A stretch of DNA of 64,000 nt from Candidatus Bathyarchaeia archaeon (lineage in GTDB: Archaea > Thermoproteota > Bathyarchaeia > Bathyarchaeales > Bathycorpusculaceae): positions 1 to 64,000 of the forward strand of contig JBEKWR010000007.1 of assembly GCA_049512935.1 (NCBI GenBank), read 5' to 3'. Below the pieces are notes generated by a model. The model was not told the DNA's origin. It did not search any database and saw nothing but the letters and a program-made list of their open reading frames with translations. Both the position numbers and the translations under genes were made by a program. Below, one piece after another: positions 49,989-60,340 of this stretch (position 1 is the stretch's first letter; every line of letters starts with the position of its first letter).

Positions 49989-50420
49989 ATGTGGGGTCAC
50001 GAGCACAAATGGAAATATTTCAGAAAAGGAGGACTCAGAATGTGGGTGCTCTCCGTGCTTCAACAGTCACCTAGAAACGGGGCTGAAATAATGGATCAGA
50101 TCGAACTCGCAACACAAGGTTGGTGGAGACCATCCCCAGGCTCAGTCTATCCTACTCTTGAAGAGCTGCAGAAAGAGGGAAACATCAAAAAACTGGAAGA
50201 CGGCAAGTACGAGATCACTGACAGAGGCAAGCAGGAATTCGATTGGCCTTGGGGCGTGCAGAAAAAGCAGCCACACACCATGGAAGAAGTTTTGACGGAG
50301 ATTAATGGTTACGTGTCGTATCTGGAAGACCTCGCTAAAGCCGACAACTCTAAAATTGCCCAGCACTCACAGAGCATAAAGGACTTGCAGTTGAGACTTT
50401 CAAAATTGGGAGAGCCGTGA
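49989..50420 (+). CDS. PadR family regulator
   Basis: GLRMWVL...NGAEIM...WRPSPGSVYPTL...YEITDRG. Confidence 0.92.
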   Translation: MWGHEHKWKYFRKGGLRMWVLSVLQQSPRNGAEIMDQIELATQGWWRPSPGSVYPTLEELQKEGNIKKLEDGKYEITDRGKQEFDWPWGVQKKQPHTMEEVLTEINGYVSYLEDLAKADNSKIAQHSQSIKDLQLRLSKLGEP

Positions 50421-51454
50421 TTCATATGTCTGCAACCCAAGCGGGAACATCCGCGTCATCGCCGATCGTAAAGGTTGAAAAATTTTCAAAAACCTTCGGC
50501 ACCCTGAAAGCCGTTGACGGCATCAGCTTTGAAATTGAAGAGGGCGAAATCTTCGGCTTGCTGGGACCCAACGGAGCGGGGAAAACAACCACTATAAACA
50601 TGCTTACGACCCTGCTTAAGCCGACTTCTGGAAACGCGCAGGTTTGCGGCTACAACATATTCAAGCAGGCAAATGAGGTGCGAAGAAATGTCGGCGTTGT
50701 GCCGCAAGAGTACACAGCCGACGAAGACATGACAGGAATTAACAACATCCTTCTCTGCGCCGACCTCTACGGCATACCCAGAAGCGATTCAAAACCACAC
50801 GCACAAGAACTCCTGAAACTAGTAGAACTTCAAGACGCTGCAAACAAAAAGGTCAGCACATACTCGGGAGGAATGCGCAGGAGGCTTGAGCTCGCCTGTG
50901 GCTTGATCAATTACCCGAAACTACTGTTCTTGGACGAACCGACACTTGGCCTTGACGTTCAAACACGCACCGCAGTTTGGAAATACATAAAAACGCTGAA
51001 AGAGGAGTACCGCATGACGCTTTTGATGACAACTCACTATCTCGAAGAGGCTGACTCACTTTGCGATAGAGTAGCCATAATCGATCACGGGCACATCATA
51101 AAAATTGGCTCGCCTGAAGAGCTGAAGGAAAGCATCGGCGGCGACGTAATTGTTATAGAAGTCAAGGAACAGGAGCCAGACATTTCATCTGTTATCTCCC
51201 AATTAAAGCTGGTAAAGGACGTTAAGAAAAACAATAACGCGTACCGCATAAAAGTGGAGCTAGGGGAGGAAGCCGTGCCACAGATCATTGATGTAATTCG
51301 GTCCAAGGGGCTTCACGTAACGAAAGTCTCGTTGACAAAGCCGACATTGGACGAGGTGTACCTAGAATTAACGGGGCGAACCCTAAGGGAAGAAGAAGTT
51401 GACAAGCTTTCGATGTTCCGTCAACGGGTAACTATGAGGAGAGCAAGATCATAA
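50417..51454 (+). CDS. ABC transporter ATP-binding protein (DrrA-like)
   Basis: GPNGAGKTT, YSGGMRRRL, LFLDEPT, TTHY, PTLDEVYL. Confidence 0.95.
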   Translation: MIHMSATQAGTSASSPIVKVEKFSKTFGTLKAVDGISFEIEEGEIFGLLGPNGAGKTTTINMLTTLLKPTSGNAQVCGYNIFKQANEVRRNVGVVPQEYTADEDMTGINNILLCADLYGIPRSDSKPHAQELLKLVELQDAANKKVSTYSGGMRRRLELACGLINYPKLLFLDEPTLGLDVQTRTAVWKYIKTLKEEYRMTLLMTTHYLEEADSLCDRVAIIDHGHIIKIGSPEELKESIGGDVIVIEVKEQEPDISSVISQLKLVKDVKKNNNAYRIKVELGEEAVPQIIDVIRSKGLHVTKVSLTKPTLDEVYLELTGRTLREEEVDKLSMFRQRVTMRRARS

Positions 51455-51464
51455 AGGTGAGATT

Positions 51465-52406
51465 ATGGACAAAGACGCGAAAGACACCAAAATCAAAGCT
51501 TCAAAAGACCCCGAAGACCAAACCAAAACAACCGAACAAGTTCTCGCGGAGGAGGAACAAAGATTTAGGGAAGCTCCCAAGCTCAGCAGAAGTCCCTTTC
51601 ACGGTTTATGGGCGCTGACAAACAGAGACCTCCGAAAGTGGTACACTAACCCAATACAACTCTTTATTTCACTAATTCAACCAATTATCTGGCTTGGCCT
51701 TTTCGGCAAAGCCCTGAACTTTGGATCCTTCATCGCCGGGTCAGGAGCCTCCGTAGCGCAACAGGACATAATTTTGAAGAACTTTTTCGGAACAACAAGC
51801 TACTTCTCATTCTTGTCATGCGGAATGCTTGCTTTCATCGTCCTATTCACTTCAGCGTTCAGCGGAATGTCAGTAGTCTTCGACCGTAGATTCGGTTTCC
51901 TAAACAAAGCTCTGAGCACACCAGTTGCACGCGGATCAATTGTGATGGGCAAAATCCTAAATAGTGTTGGTAGATCTCTGATACAAGCAGCCATAGTTCT
52001 GGTGGTTGCAGTAGCTCTCGGGATGGATGCGTCACATTTCACCGTTCAAGGAATCGCTGCTGCATTCCTCCTGATCTTCCTTATGGCCGTCGGGTTATCT
52101 GCATTGTTCACGATGCTCGCACTAAGATCAGCCGATTGGCAAACACAAATGGCAATCATAAACCTACTAAACCTCCCACTACTATTCGCAAGTAACGCAT
52201 TGTTTCCAGTAAAAATAATGCCAGCTTGGCTTCAAGACGTCGTAAAAGTTAACCCTGTAAGCTACGCAGTCGACGGAATAAGACAGGTGTTGATTGGAGC
52301 GACAGGCATGAATAGTCTATGGCTTGACTTCGCGGTTGTGATAGGATTCGCGGTAATATTATCTGCAATCGGAATTGTTCTCTCTTGGAGATTCCTATCG
52401 AAATAA
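51465..52406 (+). CDS. ABC-2 type permease
   Basis: QPIIWL, DRRFGFL, FASNALFP, NPVSYAVDGIR. Confidence 0.93.
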   Translation: MDKDAKDTKIKASKDPEDQTKTTEQVLAEEEQRFREAPKLSRSPFHGLWALTNRDLRKWYTNPIQLFISLIQPIIWLGLFGKALNFGSFIAGSGASVAQQDIILKNFFGTTSYFSFLSCGMLAFIVLFTSAFSGMSVVFDRRFGFLNKALSTPVARGSIVMGKILNSVGRSLIQAAIVLVVAVALGMDASHFTVQGIAAAFLLIFLMAVGLSALFTMLALRSADWQTQMAIINLLNLPLLFASNALFPVKIMPAWLQDVVKVNPVSYAVDGIRQVLIGATGMNSLWLDFAVVIGFAVILSAIGIVLSWRFLSK

Positions 52407-52428
52407 AAGCCTAAAAGAAGTAGAAAAC

Positions 52429-52968
52429 ATGGGGTGGAATTCAGAAGAAAAAAACAATTCAATTTGGATAAGCCGAGAGTTTTCAAAATGCAGCGGCTGC
52501 CGCAAATGCGAAATCGCCTGCTCTTTGCAAAAAGAAAACAAAATTTGGCCTGAAGCGTCAAGGGTCCGCGTTTTCATGCTGGTGCCAGGCGCGGAGTTTC
52601 CTCATCTTTGCACTCAATGTGAGGATTATCCATGCGTTGGAGCCTGCCCGTTTAAGGCTCTTGGCGTGAACAAGGATACCAGCGCCGTCACGATTGATGT
52701 GGACAAATGCACAGGCTGCGGAAAATGCATTGATGCTTGCCCCGGAAAAGTTCCTCATATTCACCCTCAAACCAAGAAAATTTTGATTTGCGACCTCTGC
52801 GGCGGCGACCCGAAGTGCGCCAAGGTTTGCCAAGAAGGCGGCTGGAACTGCCTAAGAGTGGTCAAGAGGGGAGATAACGAGTTCAAGCTCTATTCCCGAA
52901 CCCCAGAGGAAACTTCCAGAAACCTTGCAATAAAAATGTATGGTGAGAAAGCGGAGGAACTTATGTAA
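52429..52968 (+). CDS. polyferredoxin 4Fe-4S subunit of tungsten oxidoreductase
   Basis: CSGCRKCEIAC, CTQCEDYPCVGACP, CTGCGKCIDACP, CDLCGGDPKCAKVC. Confidence 0.93.
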   Translation: MGWNSEEKNNSIWISREFSKCSGCRKCEIACSLQKENKIWPEASRVRVFMLVPGAEFPHLCTQCEDYPCVGACPFKALGVNKDTSAVTIDVDKCTGCGKCIDACPGKVPHIHPQTKKILICDLCGGDPKCAKVCQEGGWNCLRVVKRGDNEFKLYSRTPEETSRNLAIKMYGEKAEELM

Positions 52969-54836
52969 TGCTGGGTTACGCTGGAAAATTCTTGGAAGTT
53001 GACCTTTCAATTTCAAGCTTCAAAAACACAACGCTTCCCGAAGAGTGGATAAGGGAATATATGGGTGGCAGAGCGCTCGCAGCAAAAATCCTCAGCGAAA
53101 GGCTGATCCACAAATGGGAAAAAGTGGATCCGCTGGGCCCTGAAAACCTGCTGTTTTTCATGACAGGCCCCTTCCAAGGTTACTTCCCAGGCGGCAGAAC
53201 CTGCGTAACAGGCAAATCTCCCCAAAGTAACGGCATGGTTGGCTCAACGGTTGGCGGCGAGTTCGCGGTGGAGCTTCGCTGCGCAGGCTACGACGGAATT
53301 ATCGTGTCAGGAAAAGCCGAGAAGCCAGTTTACCTGTTCATTAAAGACTCTGACGTCGAACTCAGGGACGCAAGCGGCATTTGGGGAAAAGATGGCAAAC
53401 AAACTGAAGCCTTGCTGAACCGCGAATGCAGAAAACTGCTCGCTGAACGTTATCCCCGCGTCGGCGTTTGGAAGGAACCAGCTAAACTCTACATCGGACC
53501 AGCCGGGGAACGGAAAGTTCGACCAGCCGCAGTCATCGCCAAGTGGACTCACGCGGCGGGTTACGGTGGCTACGGCGCCGTTATGGGTTCAAAGAACCTT
53601 AAGGCGGTCGCGGTTAAGGGCACGGGTCCGTTGCCTGAAGTTGCTGATTTGGAGAAAATCAAGCAGATGATCGATGAAGTCTGCAGAGGCAGTTACGCTA
53701 ATGTTATGTGGCGAAGATACGGGACTGGAGGCGGAGGCTACAGTTTCGGGGCTGACACAAGTTCTGAGCCTGTTCGCAACTGGCAGGAAGAGTGGCATGA
53801 CCAGAGAAGCTACGGTGTAGACCAGTTTGAGAACAGGGTTTGGGTGAAGCCTGCATGGAGCGATTTCGGTTGCCCGACGAACTGTTTGAAAATCAGCTGC
53901 ATCCGCGCAGGCAAATACAAGGGCGCCATAAGCGATAACCCCGACTATGAACTGCAGGCGTTTCTGGGTCCAAACTTAGGCTTGTTCACGCCTGAAGAAA
54001 ACGTGTACCTGTCTTCGCTTATTGAGGACTTGGGTTTCTGCGGAATCCAAGGCGGCAGCGTCTTAGGCTTCGCAGCGGAACTTTTCCAAAGAGGCATCCT
54101 GACCAAGACGGACCTGGACGGCATCGAACTGAAATGGGGCGACGTTGACGCTTTTGCTGCTATGGCAAAGAAAATTGCGCGTAGAGAAGGCATAGGCGAC
54201 GTCTTGGCTGAAGGAACCTACCGCGCGGCACTTAAGCTTGGAAAGATGAAGGACAAAAACCTCTTACCCTACGCCGTAACGGGAAAGGGCATCAGCATCG
54301 GCGCGCACGGAATCCGAAGCGGCAGAGACTTCTCCCGTGAAATAGGCTACGCATGCAGCGTGCAGGGCGGTGACCACTCATCTATGACGGATTTCCCCAT
54401 TGATGGGTGGGGCAGCGAAATTTGGACCATATTCAACGATTCAGCTGTGATGTGCATTTTCACCTCGTTTAGCCTTTCGCCGACGTTCCGATACGAATTC
54501 TACAGCGCCCTCACTGGCCAAACTTTGACCCGCAAGGGGTGGCTTAACGGCGGCGGGTTGAAGACGCTGGAGATACAGCGGGCTCTTCTGCTTCTCGGCG
54601 GACCAGACTTAACATGGAACTCAAAGGTTGACGATGACAACCCGGAACGGTTTTATGAGCCGCTGCCGACTGGACCATGCAAGGGGCAAGCGGCGGATAG
54701 GGCAAGCGTAAAGGAGAAAGTGAGGCGGTACTATGAACAAGCAGGATGGGACGAAAACGGCGTACCCACCAAAGAAACGTTAACTAGGCTGAAACTGGAA
54801 TATGTCGCGGAAAGCCTGAAGAGACTACGGAGTTAA
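52968..54836 (+). CDS. tungsten aldehyde:ferredoxin oxidoreductase family catalytic subunit (WOR5-like)
   Basis: DPLGPEN, KSPQSN, AGYDGIIVSG, GAVMGSKNLKA, REGIGDVLAEG, YYEQAGWDENGVP. Confidence 0.92.
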   Translation: MLGYAGKFLEVDLSISSFKNTTLPEEWIREYMGGRALAAKILSERLIHKWEKVDPLGPENLLFFMTGPFQGYFPGGRTCVTGKSPQSNGMVGSTVGGEFAVELRCAGYDGIIVSGKAEKPVYLFIKDSDVELRDASGIWGKDGKQTEALLNRECRKLLAERYPRVGVWKEPAKLYIGPAGERKVRPAAVIAKWTHAAGYGGYGAVMGSKNLKAVAVKGTGPLPEVADLEKIKQMIDEVCRGSYANVMWRRYGTGGGGYSFGADTSSEPVRNWQEEWHDQRSYGVDQFENRVWVKPAWSDFGCPTNCLKISCIRAGKYKGAISDNPDYELQAFLGPNLGLFTPEENVYLSSLIEDLGFCGIQGGSVLGFAAELFQRGILTKTDLDGIELKWGDVDAFAAMAKKIARREGIGDVLAEGTYRAALKLGKMKDKNLLPYAVTGKGISIGAHGIRSGRDFSREIGYACSVQGGDHSSMTDFPIDGWGSEIWTIFNDSAVMCIFTSFSLSPTFRYEFYSALTGQTLTRKGWLNGGGLKTLEIQRALLLLGGPDLTWNSKVDDDNPERFYEPLPTGPCKGQAADRASVKEKVRRYYEQAGWDENGVPTKETLTRLKLEYVAESLKRLRS

Positions 54837-54916
54837 CCCGCCCGTTTCACTAAATTAAACTTCACTGTTTGTTTACCCAAAAGATCGAACGGGAAGAAAA
54901 CAGCAAAGGGCAAGCA

Positions 54917-55213
54917 TTAGCCCATGATGGTGGGGTGCGCGTCTTCTTCATTTATGTGATGCATCACGTGGATTGCTAATCCCGTAGCGGCGCCTGCAGA
55001 AAGCCCAATTAACAAATCGTTAAGAGGCGCATAGTTGCCTACTAACCCGAAAACCACCAGCACGTCGAAAACCACTGCCACCGCCAAGTAGCCAACACAC
55101 CACATTTTAACGCTCATGCCTCTTGGCTTCTCAATGCCGATGCCTCCTAAAACGCCGAACATGATTAGGAAGCCTACTAAAGCGTAAATCCAATCGTAAC
55201 TCAACTTTTCCAC
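54917..55213 (-). CDS. small membrane protein
   Basis: 98 aa, three hydrophobic segments. Confidence 0.7.
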   Translation of the reverse strand: MEKLSYDWIYALVGFLIMFGVLGGIGIEKPRGMSVKMWCVGYLAVAVVFDVLVVFGLVGNYAPLNDLLIGLSAGAATGLAIHVMHHINEEDAHPTIMG

Positions 55214-55328
55214 CTGTTAGTCTGGCTATGTTTGTTTAGAGCCTTATTAGGTTATCGAATAAAGCCGCATCGAAGTTGCATCGTTACTAATCAGGGCAAA
55301 CACCGTTAACCTTTTTTAGCTTCAACCC

Positions 55329-57461
55329 ATGACTCTTAACTACCTCAAGGATGTGGATGCATTAACAAACTTCGACGCGAAACAATGCCACCGATGGGCA
55401 CAGCTGCTGCTTTTAAGGCGACAAAAGCTTAACCGTGCATTAGCCGCGATTGAAGAGAAAAACTTTGATTTAGCAAAGCACCTAATTTCAGAAATTTTTT
55501 CGGGTGTAAACGGCAAACAAGCTGACCCAGGAATGGCTGGCTCACTGCTTTATCACATGGCGATGGTTACAAAGATGGAGTCTGAAACCCGCGTGTTGCT
55601 GGACGAGTTTCAGTCGAGTTTACCCGACGTAACCCAAAAGCTTGGCGGCATCTACAGTGACTTTCAAGCCGACGCGAAAGACTTGACCAGAGAAATCACG
55701 TCTTTCACATTAAGCGCCCCAGAAATAGCTTCAAGTCCACACCTTGAAAGCGCCGACAAAATTAACCTTTTCAACAAGCTAAAGAAAGAACGAAAAGCAG
55801 TTGAAAACCTTCTAGACAGCAAAAATCCCAAGGACTCTGAAACGCTAAAAAAACTTTTCAATGCTTGGGCAGAGCAGATTGTGAGGATGCGGCTGATCCA
55901 AGAGTACGAGACAATTAAGGGTTTGCTCGTCACGGCTGAACTGGCAGAGAAATTCGGCGTGACAGCGCTGGAAGACGCAATGCAACGAGTGCAGGAAAGG
56001 TTCGGCAAAGAAACCGTTGACATAGCGCTTGACGTGACGCTTAAAGTGGGCATGCGAAGGGAAAAGCTGCAGTCAATCATGCTAAGCGACCACGCAATCA
56101 ACTACACGATGAGCACTGAAACGCTTGACGGGCACATGGAGTTTATGAATTGCCCAATCTTCGGAAGCCACAAATACGCAGAGGAAAAATATGGCGTGAG
56201 TCCCGAGGTGGCTTCACTTTTTTGCCGTCACTTCTGTTTTGCTCATGCCAGAGCAATGCTGGACACGGTTCTTCCATTCCCGTTTACGCTTTGGCAGCCC
56301 AAACGATTAGCCTTAGATGGCAACTGCGAGTATTACCTTAAACTGGCTTATTCTCCGCTTGCGAAGAAAGCTGAACGGTTTGTTCCGCTTGTTATGTCCT
56401 GGAATATTACCCGCGAATGCAACATGAAATGCTCACACTGCTACATCAACGCCACAGACAGAAAACTGGACGGCGAACTGAACACCGATGAAGCAAAAAA
56501 CCTGATGGACCAAATCTACCAGGTTAGCCGACCACTGCTTATACTTAGCGGCGGGGAGCCTCTTTTGCGCCCCGACATTTTTGAGCTAATCAAGTATGGT
56601 TCAAAGATTGGCTTGAAGATGGGTTTAGGAAGCAATGGAAGCCTGATTGATGAGGCGGCAGCAGCGAAGCTTAAGGACGCGGGGATAGCAACCGTTTCAA
56701 TCAGCCTGGACTCGAACATCCCAGGGCAGCATGATGAGTTTCGCGGAGTGTCTGGAGCTTGGCAAAAGGCGGTGGACGCCTGCAAGTTTCTGAGAAGAAA
56801 CAACGTGCTTGTTCAAGTGAACACGACCTTAACGCAGCAGAACTACAATCAAATAGACGACATAATGGCGCTCGCCGAAACCATCGGCGTAGAAAACTTC
56901 CACTTGTTCTTTCTCGTTCCAACAGGGCGAGGAACCAAAATCGCTGACATTTCACCCGAACAGTATGAGGAAATGATAACCAGGACGTTCGCGAAAACAG
57001 CCAATCACACGCTCAACGTGAGGCCTTCATGTGCGCCCCAGTTTATGCGTATCGCGAAAGACATGGGTTTGGACATGAGGCAGTGGATTCGCGGCTGCAT
57101 TGCAGGACTGTACTACTGCCGCATCTACCCTAACGGTGACGTGACGCCTTGCCCCTACTTGCCGATCAAGCTTGGAAACGTGCGGCAGAAAAGCTTCAAG
57201 GAAATTTGGTTTAACTCAGAAATCTTCAAAGCCTTAAGAGACCCCGACGCGCTGAAGGGCAAATGCGGCGTCTGTGAATACCGCTCGGTGTGCGGGGGCT
57301 GCCGAGCCCGCGCCTACGGCTTATCCAACGACTTCATCGATTACTGCGGAGACCTCCATGAACCTGCAGAACTAAGAAGGGATTACTTGACCGAAGACCC
57401 CTGGTGCGTGTACCAACCGAAGAATTGGCCACAAAAAGTTCAAACACCAAAGAGTAAGTGA
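55329..57461 (+). CDS. AhbD/NirJ-like radical SAM-SPASM protein with about 350-aa N-terminal extension
   Basis: WNITRECNMKCSHCY, GGEPLLRPD, FFLVPTGRG, CAPQFMR, GCIAG...PCPYLP, KGKCGVCEYRSVCGGCRARAY, EDPWC. Confidence 0.88.
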   Translation: MTLNYLKDVDALTNFDAKQCHRWAQLLLLRRQKLNRALAAIEEKNFDLAKHLISEIFSGVNGKQADPGMAGSLLYHMAMVTKMESETRVLLDEFQSSLPDVTQKLGGIYSDFQADAKDLTREITSFTLSAPEIASSPHLESADKINLFNKLKKERKAVENLLDSKNPKDSETLKKLFNAWAEQIVRMRLIQEYETIKGLLVTAELAEKFGVTALEDAMQRVQERFGKETVDIALDVTLKVGMRREKLQSIMLSDHAINYTMSTETLDGHMEFMNCPIFGSHKYAEEKYGVSPEVASLFCRHFCFAHARAMLDTVLPFPFTLWQPKRLALDGNCEYYLKLAYSPLAKKAERFVPLVMSWNITRECNMKCSHCYINATDRKLDGELNTDEAKNLMDQIYQVSRPLLILSGGEPLLRPDIFELIKYGSKIGLKMGLGSNGSLIDEAAAAKLKDAGIATVSISLDSNIPGQHDEFRGVSGAWQKAVDACKFLRRNNVLVQVNTTLTQQNYNQIDDIMALAETIGVENFHLFFLVPTGRGTKIADISPEQYEEMITRTFAKTANHTLNVRPSCAPQFMRIAKDMGLDMRQWIRGCIAGLYYCRIYPNGDVTPCPYLPIKLGNVRQKSFKEIWFNSEIFKALRDPDALKGKCGVCEYRSVCGGCRARAYGLSNDFIDYCGDLHEPAELRRDYLTEDPWCVYQPKNWPQKVQTPKSK

Positions 57462-57811
57462 TCGTGGCGCACCAGAAAATTTTTGGAGACGGAAACTATT
57501 TAAGACATCACTGTCTTTCAGGAACTTTAATTGGCAGTTAAATTTGGCTTTGGCAGCCCGCACGCTACTCTGTGACTGTGGACGCCAAATCAAAAGGAAG
57601 GCTGAAAAGATGCGAGAAGTCCACAAATCAAGTGATTCAAGGATTGCTGACGTGGCGACGGCTTCGTCGAATGCGACGGCGCGGAAGTCGATTGGTGACC
57701 GAGTCTTAACGTGCAAGTTTTTGACACTGAGGATAAAAAGACACTTTCTTGTTCAACGTTAAGGGGGCAATCAGGATCTCAAATGGCAGCCTTTATGGAA
57801 ATTTCTGGGGA

Positions 57812-58990
57812 ATGTTTAAGCAAACTATCGTCGCTTACTTATTTGACATCGCGGGTTTAATCGCTGGTTTTCTGATTGCTTACCAACTTGACGTGTTCAA
57901 ACACTACCCATGGGCGTTGGCGCTTTATCCAGCGCTGATAAGCACGAGAATAATCAACGGGCTGCTCAGTGGGCACCTAAGCACCGCCTTGCATCTCGGA
58001 ACGATTAATCCTCAATTTTTGGGAAATACAAAAACATTTCATAAACTGATTCAAGCGATCATCGTCTTGACTTTGATAACAAGCTTAACTGTAAGCGTCA
58101 TATCACTTTTCTTCGGTTACTTGATTTTGGGTTTAAAGATAACTGATTTTCCCGCTATTCTTTCAGTGATGGTTTCAACGTTAGCGTTAGGTCTAGTTTT
58201 TTCTTTGGTCACCATTAAAGTTGCCTTCGTCTCTTTCAAAAGAGGATTGGACCCTGACATCGTCGTTTACCCAGTTATCGCGACGTTAGCCAGCGTTTTC
58301 ATCACGCTCTGTTACGTTGGAGTGCTAAGACTGATGTACGTTTTGCCAGGCGTGCTGATAATCGTGGCTATCGGCCTGGCACACGTTTTTCTTGTTTTGT
58401 ATTTAGTGTCAATTGACAGGAACGACCCGGAGTTTCTAAGAACAGTACGTGAATCATTGCTGATGATGATGCTTGTAGCGGTAATTGTTACGCTAACCGG
58501 AACCATTTTTGGAGGATTAACAAAGTTTACTCAAAAAGAAATCGTCACGATTGTCCCTGCACTGCTCACTGCTTACCCAGCCTTAATTAACAACATAAGC
58601 AATGTAGGTTCAGTTGTAGGTTCAACCGCTAACACCAAACTGGCTTTGGGCTTGCTTAGACCGACTTTCAGCTCGATAAAAAACCACGCCAAAAACATAA
58701 CTAGCGCGTGGTTAGCGTCATTTTTAATTTTCGTGATTTTAGCCCTCAGCTCTTTAGCAATTAACCGCGTATCCACTTTGCCAGGCATCATTAATGTGGT
58801 GGCGATAATTGGGGTGTCCAACGTGATAGCCGTCGTAGGCATAGTCATAGTGTCATACGGCATAGCAATACTGACGTTCAGAAGAGGCTTAAACCCCGAG
58901 AACTTTGTCATTCCACTTGAAACTTCATTTGCAACAATAATCACGTCAACAGCTTTGCTGGTAACTTTGCTCCTGCTGACGTTACATTGA
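57812..58990 (+). CDS. MgtE/SLC41-type divalent cation transporter (duplicated membrane domain)
   Basis: LSTALHLG, RGLDPDIVVYP and RGLNPENFVIP repeats. Confidence 0.88.
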   Translation: MFKQTIVAYLFDIAGLIAGFLIAYQLDVFKHYPWALALYPALISTRIINGLLSGHLSTALHLGTINPQFLGNTKTFHKLIQAIIVLTLITSLTVSVISLFFGYLILGLKITDFPAILSVMVSTLALGLVFSLVTIKVAFVSFKRGLDPDIVVYPVIATLASVFITLCYVGVLRLMYVLPGVLIIVAIGLAHVFLVLYLVSIDRNDPEFLRTVRESLLMMMLVAVIVTLTGTIFGGLTKFTQKEIVTIVPALLTAYPALINNISNVGSVVGSTANTKLALGLLRPTFSSIKNHAKNITSAWLASFLIFVILALSSLAINRVSTLPGIINVVAIIGVSNVIAVVGIVIVSYGIAILTFRRGLNPENFVIPLETSFATIITSTALLVTLLLLTLH

Positions 58991-59044
58991 GGGCATAATT
59001 AAAATAATTCAAAACGGTATCTTATTTGGGAGAACCTCGGGAAC

Positions 59045-60244
59045 ATGCCAAAATTTGAAAAGATAGAGTATAAACCCATCGCCGTTAGGGAACTTCTGCT
59101 TGAAATGAAGAATCTATCTGAGCTTATGATTGATTTAGCCTACTCTGCGGCTTTGTACAATGATAAAGACCTCGCCGAGGACGTCCTTGCGCTTGAACGC
59201 CGAGTAGACACGTTAGCGTATCTTTTAGAAATGGAAATAATGGTTGCATCAAGAAACCCGAAAGAAGCAGAAGAAATGGTCGGCATTTCAAGGGTGGCTT
59301 CCGCCACGGACAAAATTTCTGACGCCGCAGCTGACATCGCGGCTATTGTGACTCGCAACATTGGGGTTCACCCGATTGTGGGGAAATTTTTCGAGAAAGT
59401 GGAAGAACGCCTGATGGAAGTAACCGTTAAGCCTAACTCAACGATCGTTGAAAAAACCATACGTGAGCTTAAATTAGCCCCAAGAATGGGCGTGGATATA
59501 ATTGCGATTCGCCGAAACAAGGATTGGATACTTGACCCGAAGAGCGAAGAAAGAATCTTTCAAGGCGATGTCCTGATCACGCGTGGGGCGCCAACAGGCA
59601 TAGAGGCGTTTAAAGATTTAGCCCAAGGCGAACTCGCAAAACTTAACGTTGAAGAACGCGCAAGATTCGAAGAGATAGGAACAAGATTCGTTGAGCTCAA
59701 GGACACATCAGAGTTAATGTTGGATTTAGCGTACTCTTCCCTCATGCTAAACAGCAAGGAGTTAGCTGAAGAAGTTGAACGTCTGGAGGAAATGGTGGAT
59801 CAACTGCACACAGAATTTGAGTTGCTTGCCCTAAAAAGCGACTTCAAAAAAGAAGAAGCTTCAGGTTTTCTTGGATTAATCAGGTTAGGTGTAGCGACAG
59901 AAAAAATAGCTGATGCAGCCGCTGACATCGCAGAAGTAGTGTTAAGAGGCATCGAACCGCACCCGATTTTGAAGCTGACAATCAAGGAGGCAAATGAAAC
60001 GGTCACCCAAGCCTGCGTCACCGCGGATTCTCCGCTTGTGAACAAGACTCTCAAAGAAGCACGGGTGCATGAAGAATCAGGCATGTGGGTTTTAGTTATC
60101 AAAAGAGGCGAGAAGTGTTTGCGTCCGCGTGCAGATTCAAGAATCCAAGTAGGCGACGTACTGGTTGCCTCAGGATACGCTGAGGGCGCCGACGATTTAA
60201 AGAAACTTGCCTCCCCAGCCCAAGCATGCAACATTGAGAGTTAG
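59045..60244 (+). CDS. tandem PhoU-TrkA_C (RCK_C) protein
   Basis: Two repeats EMKNLSELMIDLAYSA / ELKDTSELMLDLAYSS, each followed by an RCK_C domain. Confidence 0.9.
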   Translation: MPKFEKIEYKPIAVRELLLEMKNLSELMIDLAYSAALYNDKDLAEDVLALERRVDTLAYLLEMEIMVASRNPKEAEEMVGISRVASATDKISDAAADIAAIVTRNIGVHPIVGKFFEKVEERLMEVTVKPNSTIVEKTIRELKLAPRMGVDIIAIRRNKDWILDPKSEERIFQGDVLITRGAPTGIEAFKDLAQGELAKLNVEERARFEEIGTRFVELKDTSELMLDLAYSSLMLNSKELAEEVERLEEMVDQLHTEFELLALKSDFKKEEASGFLGLIRLGVATEKIADAAADIAEVVLRGIEPHPILKLTIKEANETVTQACVTADSPLVNKTLKEARVHEESGMWVLVIKRGEKCLRPRADSRIQVGDVLVASGYAEGADDLKKLASPAQACNIES

Positions 60245-60340
60245 CGTCTGTATTTCGGATTCATCAACGCTATAAACCAGTTGACACAATCTCTCAAAGG
60301 CGTTAGCTTATCGTTTGTATGAGACGAAGAGGGAAAAGAA

